Assembly (NCBI GenBank): GCA_964016885.1
Contig: OZ024740.1
Span: forward strand, 150,598,001-150,662,000
From: Eledone cirrhosa
Lineage: Eukaryota
DNA: 64,000 nucleotides
Direction: 5' to 3'
Each line of letters begins with the position of its first letter. Positions within the stretch are counted from its first letter, which is position 1. Shown one piece after another: positions 14,371 to 26,879 of this stretch. Position numbers and translations under genes: made by a program. A model generated the notes under the pieces. The model was not told where the DNA came from. It worked only from the letters and a program-made list of their open reading frames with translations, and ran no database searches.

Positions 14371-14969
14371 CGAGATCGTATTTAGGCGGTGGCCCCCAAA
14401 ACAAAACGAAACGCAATCTTCGAGATATGGCGGCAAGCGCTCAATGGACTAAGAAGAAACCAGAGCAATTAACATGTGTTATAAAGGCCAGACAAAATGA
14501 AAACAGTGGTTGTGAAGTCAACAGCCACGGTAGCCGAAAAAAACGAACAGGCTAAACAGGTTAACAAATAATTACCTGGATCTTGCCGGAAAGTGGTGGT
14601 AAAATCAAGTATACTGTCTGCTTTCGTATAACAATCTTTTGGTATAACGATCGAACAAGGTAGCCATTTCGTCAACAGTTTTCTGTTCTCAACCGCCTAC
14701 CGGGTTCCAATGAAATAGCAGTGAAGTAACTACCCCACGTGGTTACTCTGCAAGGGAGGTAACGCCGATTTTTGGCGGGTGCATTAAAAATATGTAAAGC
14801 AATTGCAAAAAATTGCACAAATCGAAGTAAGCTCTCGACCGGGTTGTTTTTAAATAAACTTAAGCAATTAATAAGTCAATAGAATTGTCTAATTGAAATA
14901 ACTAATTAATTGCTAGGCCCGGGAGATTAATACAAATATAATTTCAGCGAGATCGTATTTGGGCGGTGG

Positions 14970-14971
<2 letters not shown>
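14371..14971. repeat. 600-bp unit bounded by 24-bp direct repeats, between TA tracts
   Basis: cgagatcgtattt(a/g)ggcggtggcc at 14371-14394 and 14948-14971. Confidence 0.6.
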
Positions 14972-15034
<63 letters not shown>

Positions 15035-15036
<2 letters not shown>

Positions 15037-15585
15037 AAATAATTAAGTCAAATATGTAAAATTTGCCTTTGTTTATTATAAATTATAGATATACTGCTAT
15101 ATATATTTCGGTGACAGCCATCATTGGCTGTGACCTCTTCAGGCAGTCCGAATTGGTGTGGTAGAGACAGGTACACATGTTGTTGAAGTGTGTTTTACTC
15201 TGTCAATACTCCGATATGTCCAGCTCCTGGTTGAGTTGTTATTTCTCTGAGGAACTGGAATCATATGATTCCTCAGAGAAATAACAACTCAACCAGGAGC
15301 TGGACATATCGGAGTATTGACGGAGTAAAACCACACTTCAACAACATGTGTACCTGTCTCTACCACACCAATTCGGACTGCCTGAAGAGGTCACAGCCAA
15401 TGATGGCTGTCACCGAAATATATATAGCAGTATATCTATAATTTATAATAAACGAAGCCAAATTTTACATATTTGACTTAATTATTTTACATTACTCCGG
15501 AGTAAACAAACCAACCTGCATACTTCGTGAGTGCTCCAATCTGCATACCGAGGTGTCGGTAAACAACCAACATATACTCAAAATT
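15035..15585 (+). mobile_element. Fold-back unit D with HHR in each arm
   Basis: About 220-bp arms 15035-15254 and 15269-15489 with a few mismatches; tail 15490-15585; (TA)n on both sides. Confidence 0.8.
15377..15431 (+). ncRNA. Type I hammerhead ribozyme (mirror copy 15093-15147 on -)
   Basis: actgc CTGAAGA ggtcacagcca atga tggctgtcacc GAAA tatata TA gcagt; perfect stem I, strong stem II, palindromic stem III. Confidence 0.85.
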
Positions 15586-15590
15586 TATAT

Positions 15591-15695
<105 letters not shown>

Positions 15696-16279
15696 TATTG
15701 GTGCTCTAAAATAGCGATATATATATGAATGTATGTGGTGAATGGAAAACCGAATTATTTTTTGCCTCTTGAGAGGCGTGGCTCTAATTTGATTGACATA
15801 TGTATGTATGAGTCTGCGTTGGAACTTTGATTTATGTATCATTCTCCATCATCTTAGTCGTGTATGTGCATGTTATGGTTGTGTCAGTGTGAATATGTGC
15901 ATGAATGTAAATGTGTGTGTGTATGTGTGTATGTATATGTGGGTGCGTATGACACTCTATAGAGCCCTGGTCACCTCATCAATGTTACACACGTCTGCTT
16001 TCCTCGTGAGTTCGATTTGCAAGGCGCGTTTTGTTATTGATTAAGATGTTTTATTTATCGTTGCCATGGTTCACTCCAGAGGGCCAGCCTTCTAACACAC
16101 TGTTCACGTTGAATCTCCCCGAGAACCAAGTTAAGGGTAGATGTGTCAGAAGAAGACTCCTCATCTACTTGTCTGTTAATTTGAGCAAGCCTGTTGCTCT
16201 GTTGGTCGAAAACCTAGAACACTTATCATCGGAACCCACGAATGTCCAATACACGAATGCGCAAACACACACACACACA

Positions 16280-16390
<111 letters not shown>

Positions 16391-17629
16391 ACACACACAC
16401 ACACATGCGCGCTCATACATATATTGCTTTCCCTCTTTGCCTGACGCTCTCCACCCCACTTCCAATTATGTCACATGTATTATACCGAGATACACTCACA
16501 TAGGGTTCCCTAAATACCAGAAAACCGGAATAAAAAAAGTAAGAACCCAATGTGTATTGAGGGCTGGTAAAATTAATGTTGATTTCATCACCACCACCGC
16601 TACCACCAATACCATCACCATAACCACCACTACCACCACCGCTAGCGCCGCCACCACCACCACCACCACCAGCATCGCTGCTACCACTATCCCCACAACG
16701 ACGATAATGGTGACCATCACCAGCAACATTATATCATCATCATCATCATCATCTTCATAATCACCAACAGCAACATCACAACCACTTCTACCAGTACCAC
16801 CAACGTCACCACTACCCCACCACCACAACCAGCATCACAATCATCAGCACAGTAACAACACTAGCAACAACAACACGCCTCATCGTTGTCCTCTCATCTC
16901 CTCGACCTCCTGCTTCGCCTCCTCCTCTTCCTTTTGTCCCACCCCTACCGCCATCATGACACACGCACTATCGGTCTCCTCAGTTCTACCACCATCAGCA
17001 TCGTCTTTTATGTTATTACTATCATGCTCAAATATATATTGATGATTTTGTCTAGCCCCTAGTCAGCTCTCAAGGAACATGTCTATGATCAAAGCTATTT
17101 CAGTCATAATCTCATAATCCAGCATGTCTATTTCTTTGACGTTAAGTTTTGATTCGGGAGAATTCGGCTTCTATTTCTAGCAGGTCAAATAACCGCCTAC
17201 AGCCTCCCTTGATGGTTCATGCCATTTCATGGCTATTAGTAGCAGGAATAATGTTGTTATTGTTGTGATTGTTGTTTATCCTCAGGTCACCTGATTGATT
17301 AGATCTATGATCAAAGACATACTGTTATCACTTCATTTTCTTTTTAAGAATAATGTATATAAAATTGTACATATAGAATATGGACGCTGGAAAGCTGAGT
17401 GGTTAGGATGTTCGCTTAGCAATCATTAGGTTTCAGCTCTGGTCCCGCTGAATTGCATCTTCCGCAAATGTCTTTAACCAAATACTTTGGTCAACTTAAG
17501 CCTATGATTAAAATTGGTTAGACGGAAACTGTGTACAAGCTCGTTGTAGATGAACTGTATACGTTGTTCAAAGGTCCAACCTTATCACGAATTGCACCAT
17601 TCTGATACTGCTTGAGATTTTGGTTATCA

Positions 17630-18130
17630 GCTCGCGTTCCTCGTGACCTGTTGTGGAATATTCTGCAGGGGGATGGGATCTATGGTCAGCTTCTTGCTGC
17701 CCTGATGTCTCCATACAAATGTCCGAGTACTTGTGTTCAGATAAATGGTGCTAAATAGAAACCGTTCAGTGTGGATATCGGACTTTGCTAAAAGTGCATA
17801 CTGTCACCTCTCCTGTTCATTGTTTACATGAACAGGATTGACATGCGCAGTTGGATTGGAAGTGGTATTGTGACTAGAGGGTATAAAATAAGTCGTCTGG
17901 AATTTGCAGACGACATGGAAGGTAATCTCCGACTTGAATTTGTTAGGTTTGATGCCGAGTGCTGCATGGCTGGAATGTAAATCTGTGCTGCAAAAACTGA
18001 GGCACTCATACTCTCAAGGAAGACTGCGCAGTGCACTCATGTGAATGGAATTTCACTGAAGAAGGTAGAAATGTTCAAGTATTTCGGGGCCATGTTCACG
18101 AATGATGGAAGGCAGGACGCTGAATTAAGG
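17630..18130 (+). mobile_element. RTE-type reverse transcriptase fragment, decayed
   Basis: RVPRDLLWNIL...CVQING...CILSPLLFIVYMNRI...LEFADD...VEMFKYFG. Confidence 0.7.
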
Positions 18131-18179
18131 AGCGAAGAAGGGAGAAACTTGCAGTGGTTTATATATATATATCGAAAAT

Positions 18180-18515
18180 ACTGGAAGGGCCAACACCAAA
18201 CTTTGGCATTGAACGTTGTACCCACTCCCAAACATGTCACTGCTAGTACTGAGAGTAAGGACTAATTACTTTAAGGTCTCCAGCTCTTTAATATGCTGGC
18301 AAAACACCTAAGAGATCTATATATGATGGATATAGATGTTTTCAAAAAGTATCTCGTTATTCTGTTAACAAATATCCCAGAGAAGCTCACAGAATGCCAA
18401 AAAACACAAACGAGGGCGCCAAGTAAAGTCGGCTATAAAATGTGTAGCAGCAATTCTTGTACTCCAGCATGGCCTCAGCCCCTCGGTCGGCAGGAACAAG
18501 TAAAAGAATAAAGAG
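18180..18515 (+). mobile_element. CR1/L2-like LINE 3' end
   Basis: G.QLFNML.KHLRDL...DIDVFKKYL..LLTNIP followed by the tail ccagcatggcc...aacaagtaaaagaataaagag. Confidence 0.6.
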
Positions 18516-18519
18516 CATA

Positions 18520-18611
<92 letters not shown>

Positions 18612-19954
18612 TGTTTGTCTGTGTGTATGTGTTTGTGTGTATGTGTGTTTTGAACAATGAAAATAATACAAAAGGCGAACATAGGTTCTTAATTAGTTCA
18701 ATGTTTTACGATCGTTTTAGGGGGTTGATTGATCATGATAAATCGATATACTGACTAATAGCCAGTGGTTATGCCACTACCTGTTACCACTCTCGATATC
18801 CTAGATCCATTACATCGTCTTCTTCATAATCACTGAACTATAATCTTTTATATCCAAGCTATATAAGAAGGCTGAATCTTGGACACTCATCAGAAGACAT
18901 ATTTATATTATCAAAATCAAGGATTTCAATATGATGCTACAATCGATTAAAGATGTTTATCATTTTTTTAATTTACAGGGGAATTCGAATTTTCTGGTAT
19001 GCTTACATGCCTACATATTAGATATGTGTATATATTTATATACGTTTGTGCAGTCTCGGTTACACTCTATGTATTTATACAGATATGACTTTATCATACA
19101 CTTTAGCTACTAGTGCTCTTCTAACTATATATATATATATTGAAAAGATAACAAGGACGATTGGTTACTCCTTCATTACATTTATTGGTAAGTGACGCGC
19201 GTTTCGCCACTGATCAGCTCAAGGTTCGAACTGTATCGATCTTACCCGACTCTATAATCTGCAGCTCGACGGACCCTTTAAAATGCTAGTAGAAAATGAA
19301 TACATGCTATATGATAAAGTCAGAAGTTCATATGTTGGTCAATAAGGCGTGTTTTGATTGGTGGAATAGATCATAGGGATGTTTTCGCCTGTAGTGTATG
19401 TGGGGGTGGATGTGATGATAAGATGGTGGTGACGGTCGCAGGCTGGGATGGGCTGTGATGAGGGGGTGGTGGATTGTCGGTAGACAGATTGGCGTGTATT
19501 TGTGGCTGATTATTGTGTGGGTGTGGTGTTGTTGTTTATGCTACTGGTGTTTATGGTGGTGTGGTGGATATATATATATATATATATACACACACATACA
19601 TACACACACACATATGCCCAGACATACATACACACACACATATATATATATATATGCATAAGTATATGTATTTCTTTATTTGTGGTCGATGTGAGAATTG
19701 TGTATTTTTTTGTCTATTCAGTTTCCGTTTTGGGATTATATGTAAGCGAAGATTTAAAAAAATATCCAAAAACAAATGATTTTTCAGATATTTCCATAGG
19801 AAGCATTAGAAAAACTGTGATGGCGAATGTTTCAGCTTCATTTCGTTCATACCACATTTCACATCAAGTTTTATATTCACCTTTAATTCTAAACTTTCTA
19901 CTCATTATTTTGATGCAATAACGTCAGTGGACTGAAAGTTAGGTATATGAAGAC

Positions 19955-19971
19955 ACAACAACAACAACAGC

Positions 19972-20069
<98 letters not shown>

Positions 20070-20077
20070 GAACAACA

Positions 20078-20109
<32 letters not shown>

Positions 20110-20110
20110 A
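19955..20110. repeat. (CAA)n/(CGA)n microsatellite
   Basis: Read directly from the sequence. Confidence 0.95.
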
Positions 20111-20119
20111 ACAACATCA

Positions 20120-20570
20120 ACAACAGCAACGACGACAACAACAACAGATGCAATAACAAAAGCAATAACTGCAACAACAACAACCACCACCACAACAACA
20201 ACCACAACAACGACAACAGCAGCAGCTGCTGTGACATCAATAAGCATACAGCACCAATAACAACTACAACAACAACAGCAACGACGACAACAACAACAGA
20301 TGCAATAACAAAAGCAATAACTGCAACAACAACAACCACCACCACAACAACAACCACAACAACCACAACAGCAGCAGCTGCTGTGACATCAATAAGCATA
20401 CAGCACCAATAACAACTACAACAACAACAGCAACGACGACAACAACAACAGATGCAATAACAAAAGCAATAACTGCAACAACAACAACCACCACCACAAC
20501 AACAACCACAACAACGACAACAGCAGCAGCTGCTGTGACATCAATAAGCATACAGCACCAATAACAACTA
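20120..20570. repeat. Three tandem copies of a 152-bp minisatellite
   Basis: gctgctgtgacatcaataagcatacagcacc recurs at 152-bp spacing (ORF starts 20247, 20399, 20551). Confidence 0.9.
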
Positions 20571-20846
20571 CAGCAGCAGCAGCATTAATAGTTTAAGTAA
20601 ACAGCAGCTAGAAGCAGAGCAACAACTACAGCAACATCAACAACAGTAAGTATTAGTATAAATCTAAAAACAATATCTATAAGCAAGGACAACATTTATC
20701 GCAATGGCTACTACAACACTACCAACAACACTATCATCATCATCATCACCAGCAACAATATCAATAGTAATAGCAACATGAATGATATCAATAACAATAC
20801 CATCAACATCACGATCAGTATTGTCGATAACAATTGGGATAATTTG

Positions 20847-20883
<37 letters not shown>

Positions 20884-21024
20884 ACAGCATCATAATCAGT
20901 AGTAGTCGTCGTCGTCGTCGTAGTAGTAGTGCTAGTAGTAGTAGTAACAGCATCATAATCAGTAGTAGTAGTAGCATCATCATCACCAGCAACAGCAGCA
21001 GTAGTAGTAGTAGTTAGTAGTAAT

Positions 21025-21382
21025 AATTGTTTCTACTTTAGGCATAAGGCCAGCAATTAACCAGTACATTACTCGTACTTTATTTTATCGACCCCCGTAA
21101 GTTAACCTCGGCGGGATTTGAACTCAGACTGTAAAGGGACGTAACTGTGCTAGAAAGCAAGGCGTCCAACCCTCTACTGATACTGCCAATTCACTTTCTG
21201 ATTTAGGCAGAAGGTCAGAAATTGGATAGAAGGAGATTGACTGGTACTTTATTTTACCGATCCCGGAAGGATGGAAGACAAAGTTGAACTCAGGGGCACT
21301 AGAACTCAGAACGTAAAGTCCCGTAATAAATACAGCAAGACATTTTGTCCAGAGCTCTAATGATACTGCCATACCACCAATA

Positions 21383-21424
<42 letters not shown>

Positions 21425-21955
21425 GTGGTGGTGATTATCATTATGATGATGAAGGTGGTGGTGATTATTATGACGATAATCATTTTTCTACCTTTGGCAC
21501 AAGGCCAGCAATTACTCCAGTGTATTACTGGTGATTTATTTTATCGACCCTGTAAGGATGAAAGGCAAAGCTAACCTTGGCGGGATTTGAACTCAAAACG
21601 TAAAGATATAGTCCTAGCTACAAAGCATGGTGTCTGACGCTCTATTATTTTGACGATAATAATTGTTTCTACCACAAGGCCAGGAATTACTCTAGTGCAT
21701 TACAGGTGTTTTATTTTATTGACCCTGTAATGATGAAAGACAAAGTTAATGATATCTGGTCGAAGGTCAGCAATTTGGAGGAGAGGGAAGGTTGATTATA
21801 TCGACGCTACTATTTGCTTTGAAAATTATTTTATCTACCCTGGAAGGATGAAATGCAAAATTTCCCTCGACTGGATTTGAACTCAGAACGTAAAATAGTA
21901 GTAATGAAATAATAAATGTTTTGTCCGACACTCTAACGATTCTGTCAATTCACCT
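21025..21955 (-). mobile_element. Cluster of about five SINE family A-related copies
   Basis: Repeated ggtactttattttatcgaccc...ggatttgaactcaga blocks at about 21025, 21200, 21480, 21661, 21760. Confidence 0.85.
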
Positions 21956-22039
21956 TTAATGACGACGATGATGATGATGATAATAATAATAGTAGCAATA
22001 AGAATAATAATGATTCCTTTATTAGCCACACAGGGCTCA

Positions 22040-24300
22040 AATGAAGAAAACATGTTCACCGTCAGGGGAGAGTTTAATCTGTAGCCTTAGCGTATGTTTG
22101 CACATCATCAGTCTCGGCACACCTATTCCTTCATGCTGCGATTGTTGATAGCACATGGGCCGCCTGACCAGTGGAACCTGTCCCTTCCTCAAAGAGTGAA
22201 AGAGTACACGATCTAAGCAGTCTAACCAGGACAAGGCCCGACGGTCAGGCGGTAGTAGCTAACTATCTAAGTCGACTGTACAGATAGCAAATTTGTGGTC
22301 TGTGTTGTCGACTACTTTGAATTTTGGACAGCTTATTAGTATAATCTGTCCAAAATTCAAAGTAGTCGACTTAATACAAAATACTATGCTGTTTGACCAT
22401 ATCTACGTTGGCACATTCTGGAAATCCAGTCGGTACCTGTCAGACAAATGGACATGTCTGAGCAGGTTCGTGAGACATTTACACCTTGCTCCCCTATCTG
22501 CTAGCCTCACGCAGTCCCAGTGTGCATCTAAGATGTCATTCCAGTCACCCACTAACACTAAAGATCTCGAAGTACCTGGAGAAAACTGCCCGTCTCGCCC
22601 TGTCGGAGCAAAAGCATATACTAGCCTGAATGCATAGCCTTCGCTGCTGGTCATTTCCAGTATCACCAGCCTACCTTCCGGTTCCAGGAAAATGGTCAGT
22701 ATCGTGAGATCCAAGCCTTTCTGAAACAAAACCGACTCCGTCTCCAGATCCAGTACTACTTGGAGATGTGTACACCTCGTAGCCGTCGAAAATGGGTGCG
22801 ATGGGCTCGTATCTCAGAAATTCTGGTTTCGCTGATGGCCACCACATCCATGTTCAGTGACCTGAGGTCATTGAGCAGGTAGCCCTGCTTCCAAGACAAC
22901 TCTCGACCACATGCATTTATACTGCCTATACTGAGTGAGGCCATGTATAATAAAGAGTAGGAAGATTCAGAAAGGGTTACTGACCCTTACGTCTGTAGGG
23001 AGGAATCATGATTCCCATCCTCCTGGCCAGTTTATGGCACTTCCATAAGGATATCGGAGTATATATGTTTGGATAAAGTAACCGAGAAGTCCTCTATTAC
23101 ATTGAGACATTTTAATTTTAATTAGTGTATGTTTCTTTTGTGATGTGTAAAATATGTATGTGTGTGGGTGGTGTAATCTATTTGCGGGTGGTGCAATCAG
23201 TTTCTGCAATTGTTCTGTTGCATTTTATGTGTTGCATCAGTTTCTGATTGTTTGTATTTATGGCTGCTGGGTGTGGTATTTCTGTTATGTTGGGCTGGCG
23301 TTTGCTGTCAGTTTTGCTGTTGCAGATAAGGCTTTTGTTGTGTTTGGAATGTTGTTGTTGGCGTCTGTTGTGGTGTTGCTGTTGATGGTAGTGGTGGTGA
23401 TGGGGGTGGTATATATGTGTGTGTGTTGGCATTATTTGGGTCATTGTTTTAACATTTTTATTTTCTTAGGTTTTGCCCACTTTTTTTGAGGCAAGGAGTT
23501 TTTTCTTTTTTCTTTTTCTTGTGGCAGACAGCTTCCCACTCTCTACCATCGTCACAATCCATATCGAACTCTGTACTGTCGGGGACTGGCATGTCTTACA
23601 TAAGTGTTGGTTCTGTTATTGATGGCGGTAGTGGTGCTTCTGTTGCCACTATTAGTGTTATTGTTGTTTCAGCTGCTTTTGTTGGCTTTACAGTCACCGG
23701 AGTAATAGTTGTTGGTGTTCTTGCTGTTGCTGTTGTTGTTGTTGATGCTGCTGCATGTGTGGTACACTCTCGCTGTTGTTGCTTCTGTTGAGGCGACGGT
23801 GTTGGCAACAGCTGTGGCCTCTTGTTTCCTATTTTCTGTATGCAGAAGGCTCTTAAGTCCCTGTTGACCTACACACATGACAATGTTTTTCCTTCAGTAA
23901 TTGTCCGGAGGTCTAAACATTTGGACAACTGTATTTGCTTTGGTATTTTGTCTATTTTATTTTGTTTTACATAGAGCAGAATCTTCAGGTCTACCCACAA
24001 CGAGTCTTAACTTTTACTCCCTTTGACATTGAGGAGTCTGTTCAGGTATCCAAAGAAAATGCAGACCTAGATCCACCAGATGTTTAGGCCCGACGGATCA
24101 CAAGGTATTCTCACCCTGACAGTTCTTGAAAGATACGTTGGATAGAGAATGAACTCCTCACTCGAATAGGGGACCACGGAATAGTTTCTTATGAGGTCCT
24201 CATATTTGAAGAGGACCTCGACACTAGTAAACTGTCTTCCTGAACAATTTAAGCAGGTTCGGCTCGCCGGCCACGCAGCGTGACAGTTCAGTAGAGGGTG
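22040..24300 (-). mobile_element. Decayed L1/Tx1-like LINE (ORF1 remnant with zinc knuckle plus APE)
   Basis: MASLSIGSINAC...LNDLRSLNMDVVAISETRI, FRLV.AFAP, LVGDWNDILD; CHVC..G.LRAFC-like knuckle near 23840-23885. Confidence 0.7.
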
Positions 24301-25604
24301 GTTTTTTCCCCTTATCTTCCGCTATTTCAGGTGCCAACATCACTGCCACCTTCCCATCTTCAAATTATATTGTATTTTTGGCTTGAGCCAATTCAAGTCC
24401 TTTTGTTTTGTGATACTAATTTATGCTTTTCCTTTATAGTTACAATGACTGAAAAAAGTTTTTGCTGTTGCGTTGTTGGTGCTATTAATTTTTCATTGCT
24501 TTTGTAATGGTTGCTTTTGCTTTTGTTACTGCTGCTGTTGCTGTTGTTGTTATTGTCGTCTCATTGTTTTTGTTGTTTGTTTGTGTTGTACTTTTTGTTG
24601 TTGTGGTGGTATTGCTAGTGGTGTTGATGGAGGTAATGGTGCTGCTATTGTTCGCTATTGTGGATGTGGAGGGGCAGGGTTCACGGTGGTGGACTTTAGC
24701 AGTGATGGGAAATTAAAATCATCACTTGCCTCACGACACCTTAGGATTTGGTTGTTGGTGCCGCTACCGTTGCCACTCCTGCTGCTGTTGTTGTTGGTAG
24801 TGGTGCTGCTGATTGTGTCACTGCTGTCGTTGTTGTTGATATTTTTGTTGGCATTTTTGTTGTTTAAGGTGTTGTTATTATTCATATCAACGTTTTTTGT
24901 TATGTTATTGTTGTGGAATTCGTACTAGTTTCGTTGTTGATGTCGCTGTTTCTCGCTTGTTACCTTGTTAGCTTGTTGAGTATTGCTGGCGACAACAATA
25001 TCAACACATGTATTCTTTACCGATATCAAGGAAGTACAGGGTGAAAGAGAGGAAAGAGAAAATGTTGACGCCATGTTTATTTAGTGTATGAATTGATCAA
25101 AACAAATGTTGTACAATTTCTCTCCTTAAAGGTGTCCTTAAAGATGTCCTTAAAGGCAGAAATGAATAAAGTCAACCGGCCCTCTCTAAGGATGGAAGAG
25201 TTGGAGTCCTTAAATCACAAAAAAACAAAATTGAATCTTTTTAGAATCCCGAAACTGGTTTAAAACCTATAAATAGTGATCTACATTCGGAGCGAGGTTA
25301 ACACGTGCTGTCGTTTTGAATGGTAATAATGATAATAATAATAATGAACTGATATACGTATATATTAATCATTTTTTTTTTACATATATATTTTATGCGG
25401 AACTAATTGTAAAAAACAAAACAACAAACGGATCAGAAATAGCAATCAATACCAATACCAATAACAACTATAGCAACTATAGAAAAATATATTTTGTCAT
25501 TCAATATTTATCTTTATGTGTAAATGTCAATGGCATTCTGTTTGAGAGGAGAAATGGACATAGGTGTATGTATGTATGTATTGGAATATACTGACATATG
25601 TATA

Positions 25605-25685
<81 letters not shown>

Positions 25686-25959
25686 CATATATATATATAT
25701 ATATATCGACATACTCTCACACACATATATACACGCATGAGTATACCATTATCTATATGATGTTTATGTTTGCTTTTTTTGTTTTTGAGAATATCTGTAA
25801 GTGTTAGGTCCTAAATCTTTGCACGTTATGATCATATATGAGCGTATGCATTCATTAAATACACGCGAAAAGCAGTCGACATTCTCTGCATACATATGTG
25901 CATTGAAATACAAGCAATGAAAGAGCTGATGACGCCGTGCCATAGATAGCTGGACTATT

Positions 25960-26760
25960 GGGGATTGTTGCTGAGATGCTGAAAGCATCTGGGATGGTGG
26001 GTTGCATATTACCCACCCGTATTGTAAACCAAGTAATATTGAATGGTGTCATACACAATGACTGGCGTAGCAGCGGCATCATCAACTGCTACAAGGGCAA
26101 AGGTGATGCACCAAACAGGGAACCATAGAGGCATGAAGTTGATGGACCAGGTCGCAGAAAGAGTTATTAGGGACTAAGTTGTTTAGGGACCGACTTAACC
26201 GAGATGAGACGCAGTTTGGATTGGTGCCATGTAAAAGTACGAACGATACCCTCTTTCGATTGAGACAACTCCAATATTACCTAGCTAAAAGTAAGGCACC
26301 ATACTTGGCATTTGTTGAGCTGGAAAAAAGCATTTGATAGAATATCCCATTCATTATTAGACACTTAGCAAACTAATGGTAGACGAATGGCTCGTGAAAG
26401 CGGTACAAGCCATGTACAGAGGAGCAACCAGCACAGTTAGAATTAACAATGATTATTGTTCGGAATTTAGCGTGCAAGAAGGTGTTCATCAAGGCTCTGT
26501 TCTTTACCCTTTCTTGTTTATTATCATCCTGCAGACTATAACGGAAGAGGTTCAGACGGGCAGCCCATGGGAATTCTTATGATCTCACCTGCTGATCTAA
26601 CCCTCACAGCGGAATCTATGGCAGAATCAGAGAAGAAATTCCAAATTGGAAGCAAAAGTTCTTGAAGTCAACGTGGTAAAGACTAAAGTCCTCGCAGTTA
26701 GAAAGGAAACCAGGACCCAGATGACTTCAGGGAAATGGCATTGCAGGAAAGGAGTTAAAT
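25960..26760 (+). mobile_element. RTE-type reverse transcriptase fragment
   Basis: EMLKASG...DWRSS.IINCYKGKGDA...QFGLVP.KST.D...YLAFV.LEKAFDR...EFSVQEGVHQGSVL.PFLFIIIL. Confidence 0.85.
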
Positions 26761-26774
26761 GGTGATGATAAGGA

Positions 26775-26855
<81 letters not shown>

Positions 26856-26879
26856 TGGATATATATATATATCATTAGA

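Noticed and set aside
19186-19250. HHR-like gaaacgcgcgtc on the minus strand beside a TA run
   Set aside because: No acceptable CUGANGA core in register with stem I; at best a decayed remnant
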